Below are positions 1-8,900 of a stretch of DNA of 56,792 nucleotides, in pieces (positions within the stretch are counted from its first letter, which is position 1; each line of letters opens with the position of its first letter). Both the position numbers and the translations under genes were made by a program. This DNA is from a virus (taxonomy: Duplodnaviria > Caudoviricetes), in the IMG/VR virus record IMGVR_UViG_3300049043_000103, positions 1 to 56,792 of that record; one strand, 5' to 3'. The notes beneath the pieces were generated by a model, which was not told the origin of the DNA, made no database searches, and saw only the letters and a list, made by a program, of their open reading frames with translations.

Positions 1-39
1 TAACAATATGTAACTGAATGTACACCCAAAAACCCTAAC

Positions 40-545
40 ATAAGAAGAACACAGAAGAATGAGAAAAAAGAATAAAGAAAAGAAGAATAAAGAAGAATAA
101 AGAAGAAAAGAAGAAGAATAGAGGAATAAAGAAGAATAAAAGAAGAAAGAAGAAAGAAGAAGAAAGAAGAAAGAAAGAAAAAGAAGGAAGAAGAAAGAAA
201 GAGGAAGAAGAAGAATAAAGAAGAATAAAGAAGAATAAAGAAGAAAGAAAGAAAGAAAACAAATGAAGAAGAAAGAAGAAGAAGAAGAAGAAGAATAAAA
301 GAACAGAAAAGAAAGAAAGGAAGAAGAATAAGAAGAATAAAGAAGAATAAAGAAGAATAAAGAAGAATAAAGAAGAATAAAGAAGAATAAAGAAGAATGA
401 AGAAGAAATAAAGAAGAATAAAGAAGAATAAAGAAGAGAATAAAGAAGAATAAAGAAGAATAAGAAGAATAAGAAGAATAAAGAAGAAGAATAAAAGAAA
501 AAGAAGAATAAAGAAGAATAAAGAGAGAAATAAAGAAGAATAGCG
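40..545. repeat. Low-complexity purine-rich tandem tract (AAGAAGAATA-like), probably degraded read end
   Basis: Imperfect AAGAAGAATA repeats that abruptly replace the capsid gene; the antisense ORF is F/L/S-only nonsense. Confidence 0.8.
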
Positions 546-573
546 AACTGAACGAAGTAGATTCCCAAAAAAC

Positions 574-1186
574 TTACGTATTGCTTTGACGAATCTTCGG
601 GTTAGAGCTGGTCAGCGAGCCACCTTCTGGACCCCAGTAACCACGAAGGCCACCATGACGCGAGCCGTTTACTCGGCTGCTCTCGGCGTTTCGGTTGAAG
701 GTTATCGAGTTGCCAGAGACGGTATAGTTATCCGTCTGCGAGAACAGGTTGTTCCAGTAGACTCGCTCCAGAATGCCGGAGGCAAACTCAGGCATCACGA
801 GGAATCCGCCGTCTTCGCCAACCTGAACGCCCATTCCTTGAATGGCCTTCTCGTAGACGTTATTTACCTTCGCAGCCATTCACCAGTACCACCAGATTGA
901 TAACCGTCCTTCAGGAAGTCACCGAAGCTCTTGAAAACTCCGTGCTTGTAGCCCTTGGGCAGCTTCAGACTCTTGCACTTCTGTGCGGATTCGCGTTCAG
1001 CGCGGGCCTTTTCGAGGTTCGAACGCTACATACTCGTTTGATTCCTCGAAGTACGAAACCGAACCACCTTCAGCGTCTTCCGGTGAAGCGCGGAGCGGGC
1101 TGGTTCAATCCCTTAAAAACTTCCTTCAAAGAGCCGAACTCTTTGCGGATTTCGTCGATGCTGTTTTTCAGATCGATTTCACTCAT
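574..1186 (-). CDS. Major capsid protein (HK97 fold), N-terminal half, frameshifted and truncated
   Basis: MSEIDLKNSIDEIRKEFG...FKSFGDF...YEKAIQGMGVQVGEDGGFLVMPEFASGILERVY...RGYWGPEG; follows the prohead protease. Confidence 0.9.
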
Positions 1187-1209
1187 GTCCTTGTTTCCTT
1201 GTGAAAAAT

Positions 1210-2437
1210 TCACTTACGAGCCGGAACCGCGCTTTTGAGCGTTCCGAGTAATTCCTTCATCTCACCGAACATTTCGGAGAGCTGTTTTGCGACTTCTGGA
1301 GATTCCTTTGGCTTCTGCGTCCGCTGTTCTTTCGCCTTGGAGAACAAGCGATCCAGAGTCCGAGCAGATTCTTTCAGATTGTCGCGCTGGAACTTCGTCA
1401 GATTCCGGCTCGAAGAAACGCTCTTCAGCCGATCCGCAACGCCCATCAACTCAAACTTCTGGGTAGCGCCCAGAGCGAGAAACGATTTCAAGCATCGCCT
1501 CCTCGTCCGTGTTCCCTGCCCGCACGATGCACACACCTCCCCGAGTTTCGCCTTGTAGTTCTCGGAGTAAGCGCCTTCCATCGCCAGCTTGATTTGTCCG
1601 AGGGATTCCATGATTGAACTCATGGCTTCCTTGACGGCTGGATTCTCCAGCGGCCCCATCCCTTGTTCCATGTTTCCGTATAGCTCAGAGACGGCCTTAT
1701 AGGCGGCTTCCATCAGCTGAGCGCCGTAGCCCTTGGCTGGCATCTCCTCCTCTTCCTTTGGGCCGTCTTCGGTGGTCATGCCCTCTGAGGAGTCTTCCAT
1801 CTCGTCTTCCATCTCGTCTTCGTATTCCATAGCCTTAAACCCCGGCACTTGAATTTTTCGTTTCGGTAAATACAGCTCCAAGCTCTTAGCGATGCTCGGA
1901 ACAATTTGGCGACCTGCAAGCTTCCCCTTGGCAACCGTCGCCGCGATGGCTTCAGGGTTGCACCCAATGCCTACCCAGCTCCATTCGAGAAGCATCCACT
2001 CATCGAAGTAGGTATCTGATTTTCTGACGACCGGCTGAGTTACCGGAGCTGAACCGGACTGAGGTCGCTCGAACCGTCCCTCAGCAACCAGCTCGAAAAT
2101 CTGCTCAGCCTCTAGGAACTTGTCCGTAAACCAGCAAGTAGCCACGACGTTCGATTGAGTCTTCTGGACCGCGAGCCGCCCGGTGTTGGGGTCTTCGCTC
2201 GTGCCGACTGGCTTGGTTAAGACCTTGCCGTGTTCCCAGAAGACCACCGGATTCGTCTGGTATTCGTCCAGCGAGCAGCCCAGCGGATTGAGGCTATCCC
2301 GAACCCGATCCGGGGCCGGAGTCGAGATGACCGCCGAGGCCATCCTCCGAGTGGTATCTACGTCCGTAATCCGACCGGCCCCAGCCAGAGCAGGGGAACC
2401 GGCGAATTCTGTAGATTTGCCCGAGACGTTTTCTCAT
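1210..2437 (-). CDS. HK97-type prohead protease with scaffold-like C-terminal extension
   Basis: AVISTPAPDRVRD...YQTNPVVFWEH...LLEWSWVGIGCNPEA; ATG at 2437 reached across one indel. Confidence 0.88.
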
Positions 2438-2559
2438 GGTGGCAGGATATCCTATTTGCGAAAAAGCCCGCAAATACCGTTTCTAACATTGATACCGCCG
2501 TCGTAAGTCACGTAACTGCGGGACTTAGGGAAATCCTGAATTTCTCGCCTGAATTAACC

Positions 2560-2599
2560 CGATATCCTATTGCAGGACGCGAATTACTTGGAATACAAT
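2560..2599 (+). promoter_or_regulatory. Sigma70-like promoter of the plus-strand small-ORF island
   Basis: TTGCAG(2570)-N18-TACAAT(2594), preceded by GATATCCTAT; similar to promoters at 38.2-39.0 kb. Confidence 0.6.
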
Positions 2600-2633
2600 G
2601 GGACGAGTTGAGACAACTAACGGAGAATCAAAG

Positions 2634-2864
2634 ATGAAAATCAAGAAAGTTAGAGCCAAGGAATTTCACAGCGGCAACCGGCTAAACGGAAACGGTGCTG
2701 ACCTGACAGCGACTTACGGAGTGTTTGATGATGCAAAACAAATAGGGTTTTTGTTACGGATTGCTGGAACATGGCAAGCCTACGACCTTGAAATCGGAAA
2801 GCCAATGCTGGCTCGTCGTTACGAATCACTAAATAAAATCAAAGAAGCTCTGTCAAACGTCTAA
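2634..2864 (+). CDS. Small hypothetical protein
   Basis: GGAG RBS, MKIKKVRAKEF..., downstream of the promoter. Confidence 0.7.
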   Translation: MKIKKVRAKEFHSGNRLNGNGADLTATYGVFDDAKQIGFLLRIAGTWQAYDLEIGKPMLARRYESLNKIKEALSNV

Positions 2865-2870
2865 AGCTAA

Positions 2871-2924
2871 GCCGAAACCCCCGCGGGGTTCCTGGCTGGA
2901 TGGTATCTGGTTCACTGACGAGGC
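2871..2924 (+). ncRNA. Type II hammerhead ribozyme
   Basis: GCC-GAAA-CCCC..GGGG-TT-(stem I with TGGTA loop)-CTGACGA-GGC; GCC/GGC close stem II. Confidence 0.7.
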
Positions 2925-2943
2925 AACCAACTAGGAGGCTGCA

Positions 2944-3153
2944 ATGAGCCAGATTCACTACAGCCCATCACCGCTATCGTGCTACATGCAAGCCGCTAAC
3001 AATACCCACAGCCTCTTGCGTGAGATTCGGAGAGGAACTCAGCAAGCAAACTTCAACCGATGCCCCGCCGCGAGTTATCCACTGGGGCCACGTAGGCGAC
3101 CTGAACGAAATCAATCACAAGCTGGCCGAAGTGCTACGCTTCATCCGGAATGA
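2944..3153 (+). CDS. Small hypothetical protein (probably frameshifted)
   Basis: AGGAGG RBS directly after the ribozyme. Confidence 0.55.
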   Translation: MSQIHYSPSPLSCYMQAANNTHSLLREIRRGTQQANFNRCPAASYPLGPRRRPERNQSQAGRSATLHPE

Positions 3154-3162
3154 GGGTTAGCC

Positions 3163-3430
3163 ATGCCGCGCGTACGTGTTCGCCCATATCAAGCCGGACC
3201 AACTCTACGGGGAGACCTTCGAGCAAGTCCTACCCTGTGACGAGGCGGCTGAGCGGTTTGTATTCAGCTCGCTCCGGCAACTCGGATTCACCGGGGAGCC
3301 GACCATCGCACCTGACTGGGTGCCGGTAGCGGTCGGACTAGATAACCTGCCCATCTACAATAAGCTGGTATGGGCCGATAAAGATTCACTGAACCTAATC
3401 GGGGAACTGCTTTTATACGAGGAGAACTGA
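3163..3430 (+). CDS. Hypothetical protein
   Basis: Operon-like spacing; ATG 3163 joins ORF 3176-3430 across one indel. Confidence 0.6.
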
Positions 3431-3431
3431 C

Positions 3432-3743
3432 ATGAACTACCCAAAAGGCCTCTACGAGAAATCCCGCGTCATCAAGACCGCTGAACAAATGGAGAAGGAG
3501 GCGACTGAGCAAATCAATCACCTGATTAACTTCCGCCTCAAGTTCACCCTCTCGAAGGAATCCGGGACTTGGCTCAGCGGAATTGCCGAGATTGAGAACT
3601 ACGGAACCCCGCACGCTCGCACGCCTAACGAGATGATTAGCGAGGTAATGAGCCTCACTCAGATGATGGCTCAGCTTGAGCAAGCCAAGTCGGTCCCTCT
3701 GGGCAATCGACGCCGGAGAATCGCGGGTTCAGAAGCGAGATGA
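3432..3743 (+). CDS. Hypothetical protein
   Basis: GAGGAG RBS, 103-aa ORF. Confidence 0.65.
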   Translation: MNYPKGLYEKSRVIKTAEQMEKEATEQINHLINFRLKFTLSKESGTWLSGIAEIENYGTPHARTPNEMISEVMSLTQMMAQLEQAKSVPLGNRRRRIAGSEAR

Positions 3744-4249
3744 CTCTTACCCGTTCTAGCGATAGGATATTTTGGCTTTTTTAGTGGGCGTCCAGCTGGC
3801 TGTGACGCTTACGACGATTGCTTTTGTCCTGTGTCTGATCGTTGAGATGTGCCTTCACTTTGATCTGGTTATCGGGGAGTCCTGACGCCTAAAGTAACTG
3901 ACCTGCTCGAATGCGGCGAACTCCGCCTTTGCGCGGAGCTACGACTGGTACTACGCCGAGCTGATCTTTCGAGATTCCAGCCGGTGAGATTCAGATGATC
4001 CAGTCTAGAGAAACAACCATTGAGGAGACGCTCGAAGAACTCAGGAGCGAACTGAGGCGGCTGGCAAGCGTCTAAGTCTTCGCCGTGGTCGCAGTTCCTC
4101 GCAGTACCCGATAACCCACAACCCCGCTTCTCCGGACTGATACTCCGCCCGCCACACTTGCCGCACTTGGCGGGTGGCTTGCGCCTGCTCCCAAGGCCGA
4201 TGAGTTTTCGCGCGTTCGCTCGCAGCCTTACGCCGCTCTGGAGTCCAAC

Positions 4250-5909
4250 TCAAAGCCCGGTCCCGATTACTTGGTAGGTAAGATAACAGCGGCAATTTGA
4301 ACTGATTACGCCGTTTCCAATATAGTATATCGTCTCTAAAGTTTGGAAGTCATAAACACGGATGGAACCATGAGAAGAAGAGATAGGGTTAATGTCAATC
4401 TTGACGACTTGCTTAGTCGATATCATCGAGGCGAAAGCGTTCTGAGTATGAGTAAGTGCTTGGCATTAGCCGAATGACGCTGACAAAGCGACTGGCTAGA
4501 TTGGGCCTCAAGGTCCGCAACGGAACCGAGGCTAATCTTATTCGTATGGCGAAATTGTCCAAGGAGGAACGCCTCGCGATCACGGATGCTGCTCACGCCG
4601 CCGTCAGAGGAAAGCCCCATAGCTTCGCCCAGAGATGCAATATGGCGGCTGGTAGAGAGCGAACCTGTCGCATTGCTTCCGAGTATGAATCGATGATGAT
4701 CGGCTGGCTTACTGAAGCCGGTATCGAGGTTATACCTCAAAAGGCTGTTGGGCCTTACAATGTTGATATCGCCCTGCCCGAAAGCTGCATCGCCGTGGAG
4801 ATATTCGGGGGACACTGGCACGCTACAGGAACCCACGCCGCTCGATACCGCAAGAGAACGGAAGACCTCCTTGGCTGTGGGTGGCTTCCATTTATTATCT
4901 GGGCTGGTTGCTGCGGATTCCACCGCGTTTGCGCTGAGCAAGTGATCGCCTTGCATGAGGTTAATCGCTCGAACAAATCCCCAAGGACTCAAGAGCATGT
5001 GATTAGGGGTGACGGCAAAACTACTCCCGTCGCAAAGGTGAACCCTAACAATGGAACCCTTGTACTCAACGTCAAGAGCGGAAACAAGCGACGATCCACT
5101 AATGGGCGTTTCTGCTAGGACGCAATTCGGATGAGCCGGGGGACCACCCTCGGATTTATCCTCCCAGAATCGTTGATTCTTCCCGTCGAGCGGCCCGCAG
5201 ATTTCGCAAACCTTCTCATCTCGCTGAGTGTGCCAGACCCTCAGCAGTTTGAGATCCGCCATCGGTTCTACGCGGTGGCTTTCTCCGCCCGGTTGATTCA
5301 GGCGCTTGTCCGGTTCCCTTCCTGCCCGCCGAAGGTTCCGCCGTCCCTCTGGTTCTTCGCCTTCGGCTACTTCATCGTCCCCGAGTATCTCCCGGCGCCG
5401 CTGGATATCTCCCGCTCCAGCTCTCGCGTCGTGGCGTTCTCACCCGCCGAGATGGCTCGCGTAGTCTCGGTAACGCTCACCGATTCCGGGAACTTCTCGC
5501 CCCAGAGTAGATACAGGTAAGCCCCCAACGCTAATTCTCCCGAGCGGACCTGTCTTACGCGGTCGCCGACTTGAGTTTGTAACTTGGTTAGAATCGACTC
5601 GGCTACCATCGTGGCTTGGTTATCAATCCGCCGGTTAATCTCCGAAGCTATCCCGATGGCGTTCAAGTCCCAGCCCAACTCGTCGCCAGTCCTGATTGCC
5701 GCTTCAAAGGCGATATCCTTGAGTATCGGGCTGATCTCCGTCTTGATTAACTGCTTGGCTTGAGCGTAGAACCACTGGGGCAAATCATCCATCATCGGCC
5801 TATCACCGAGCCGGGAAAGTGCTGCTTGCTCAAGGTCAATCAGCAGTGCCGCACGATCACCGCTTGGAGCTTGGCTTCGTTGTCTAATCGCTTGGGGTTC
5901 GTCTGGCAT
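4250..5909 (-). CDS. MuF/SPP1 gp7-like head morphogenesis protein containing an intein
   Basis: SVTETTRA...RVWHTQRDEKVCEICGPLDG...PPAHPN|intein|CRCYLTY; sits after the portal; frameshifted. Confidence 0.88.
4297..4326 (+). promoter_or_regulatory. Putative promoter for the antisense endonuclease, inside the last intein codons
   Basis: TTGAAC(4297-4302)-N18-TATAGT(4321-4326), about 44 nt before ATG 4370. Confidence 0.5.
4370..5118 (+). CDS. HTH + DUF559/Vsr-like PD-(D/E)xK endonuclease encoded antisense within the intein
   Basis: N-terminal HTH (YHRGESVLSMSKVLGISRMTLTKRL), then SEYE...IPQKAVGPYNVDIALPESCIAVEIFGGHWH...RTEDLLGCGWLPFIIW. Confidence 0.82.
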
Positions 5910-8900
5910 TACTTGCCCTTTTCCGCTTGATTGTACCGCTCGATTTCTTCCTTGTCGCGGACTTTTTCCTAGACGCTTTGGGTTTAGGTGCGGCCTTGGT
6001 AACGTCCTTTGATTCTTCCCGAGAACTCGCCAGAGTTCCGGTTCTGACTTTGCCTGATTACCTTCTTTGACTAGCCAAGAATCGTGAGCTCCCCACCGTC
6101 CGGCGCGATATCCACAAACACTACCGAATCATATCCGCGCTCAAACGCCTTGGCCTGAATACCCTTGTTCCTCTGAGGAAGTTATAGAGAGCCTTCCCGT
6201 CATACTGCGATTCAACTTCATACCGCGCCTTCTCGTCAAGAGATTCCCAAGACTCATCAAGCAAACCGGCTTGGTGCATTGAATCCCACAACTCGCCAAC
6301 ATCGCCAACATCGGAGCCATACTCTCGCAGGTTTAGCGGATTTACCGAGCGAACCCATAGCGAATCAACCTTGCCTTCCGCGTCTGGAATCTCAAACCCG
6401 TTAGCGTCCGCTATTTCCTTTATTCGCTCCGGCCCTAAATCGGTATAGCTTTCCGCTCCATCCTTTGCCATTACGTCCGAAACAATTTCCTCAAGTTCGG
6501 GATTATCACTGATTGCTCGCTCTACTGCTTTTAGTTCCGCGTAACGGGTTGCCATTGCTGGATTGTCGGTAACAAATATCCCGTCCACTTCCGAGCGGTA
6601 ATCCTCCTGCGCCGTGGTACATTACCAACGGCTCGCCGTTCTCGTCTACCACCTTGGAGCCCTTGAACCACTCAGCGAAATTCTTGGCTGTCTTTTCGTC
6701 CTTGAATTTCTCCTTAGCCCAGCTCAAGACCTTATCCCCTCCGCTCTCCGCTCCCCCTCCATCCTCCTTGCCACAGGTGTTGCCGGGCTGGAAGCCGCCT
6801 CCGCCCTCAGCGTTGGCGCCAGTCTGAGCCGGATTTGGATACTTCCTCTGATGCCGCGAGCATCTCTTCTTTAGTAGGCCACGGAAGCCGATACAATGGC
6901 TCAAACTCATCGACTTTGCCGGGAAAAGGCTGTGTCATAATAACCACTCCCTTTGCTTTCGCCTTAATTGTTCTACCCAGTCAGGAAAACTGCTTGGCTT
7001 ATATCTTGTATCTGTAGTTACAGCAAACAACTCACAAAATGTCTCCTTTGGCGTTTTTTGTTGCGTAGGTTGTTAGCCCTTTACCAACGTCCTTGACCGA
7101 ATAAACTAAACCGCTCCATTCCCTTTGCTGCTCAACGGTCAGCCTACCATAAAGTTTATGGGCGTATTCGTGCCTAATGACTGCCGAGTAACCACCCATC
7201 CCGCCAGCAGTAGCCTTTCCGGGCTTTAATTCGTCGGTTCCTTCACCTTTCCAAAACGGCGAATCAAAAACGTGAATCCCTCCACGGTATTCAGCGGCTG
7301 GGCTCCGCCCCTTCTCTTGGCGTCTGTAAATAATAGGAGATTCTCCATGAGCTTTTACAAACTCTTGAAATTCTGCGTTAGCGTCATTCTGTTTTACGGC
7401 TTCGCGTATAACGTCTTCCCAGTTCCGGATTTAACTCGGAAAACGCTGCTTTATCGCCTTCGTTTAACTTGCGACTGCGAAACACCTTCATCCAGTTTTT
7501 CTTTAACTCTTCTTCGCTTGGAACCTCTCCGCCAAGCCTGTCCTGTTGTTTCATTTTCTCGGCCCATACAATCACTTCCTTAGCAATTGCGTCAGCGGCC
7601 TCCTTGGCGTTCGTAATTACACAACCTGACGAACCCGACTCACCTCCCGCCCCGTCCCCACGGGCGAAGCTATTTCCCGGTTGAAAACCTCCGCCACCTT
7701 CCGCATTTGCGCCACATCCCAAGCCACTCTTGTAGATGTTCGTATTCGACGGGTCAAACGTGCCTTGATTGTCTACGGACTTGATTTGAGTTGGATTCCA
7801 CGCAACGTAAATAGTTCCACCAGCCTCGCCGCGACCACCGTATCCATCAGCAACTACGCCATCAAATCCAGTTGCCTTGGTGACAGCATCAAAAACAATC
7901 GATTTACTACCTGACGCATTTGCAAGCTCCGCAATCTGATCAACCGCTTTCTCGTTACCTGATCCGATTATGGAAACTACTTCTCGGATTGCCGCTTTCC
8001 TGTTCGTTGAATATGTGTCAACGTAGTTGGAGAGAAATCCATCCTTGTAGTCTGATATTTCATCCGGGTATTTTGCAATCTCAGCATCAACCATCTCGCT
8101 AACAATACTTGTCAACTGTTCTTCAGTGAAATTCTTTTGATTTACTGAAAGCGGCTTTTCCATTCTTACATAAAGCTCGGCAAGCGATCCGGAGTCTTGC
8201 GGCTTATATCCGCTCGCTGTCTCTTTGTCTGTAGTCAGGTAAAACCCATAACCTTCAGGCGCTTGCGTTTTCCCCAATCTTGCTTGGGTCAAAAGCAAAG
8301 TTACTAGACATATCCGCCTTTGAGCCGTGATAAACAACCACTGGATTTCCGTCCTGATCTACTGCCTTTGACTCTCCAAACCAATCAGCGAACGCCTTAG
8401 CCTTAGCCTCATCCCCGAACTTATCCTGAGCCCAAGCTAGAATCCCGCCCTTTTTTTGGCCTTCAGTTTCTTTCCTTTGCTGGCCTTCTGCTCTCCGCCC
8501 TCTCCCGAGCCGTCTCCCCTCGCAGCGTCTTCCCAGCTTGGAATCCACCACCACCCTGCCGCATTCGCCCCGCAGCCGCTACCGCTCTTTCCCTCGCCTG
8601 CGATGATCCCCGCTGCCCAGTTGATACCGGAGTCTCCACCCCAGCCAAGCCACGCCACGTAGCCAGCATCGCGCCACGGCTCAGCGCGGAACTTGGGATC
8701 TACCTTAGAGTTCTTCCGATGACGCGCAAACGCTGCCATCCGGCCCACCGTCTCACGGCTCACCTTCTTGCCGCTGGCGAGCTGTCTGGCCCGAGCCCAG
8801 CCCGTAGCCGTCATCCCCGTTACCGCATCCCCATGCTCACGCTTCCAGCGGAGAACCTTTCGAGCGTTGGATTGTGCCGAGACTGGAGGCCGGTATCCGT

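Larger units (their letters stand above)
4295..5124 (-). mobile_element. Intein (~277 aa) inserted at HPN/CRC of MuF
   Basis: Block A CVLAETPI; block B VTPNHMLL; block F VYDFQT; block G IGNGVISSN|C; needs one extra base near 4456. Confidence 0.9.

Noticed and set aside
1-570. AAGAAGAATA tandem tract and the 177-aa F/L/S-rich ORF as a real satellite, telomere or membrane protein
   Set aside because: Capsid coding degrades gradually into it at the contig end, typical of a long-read basecalling artefact; there are no unique spacers, so it is not CRISPR
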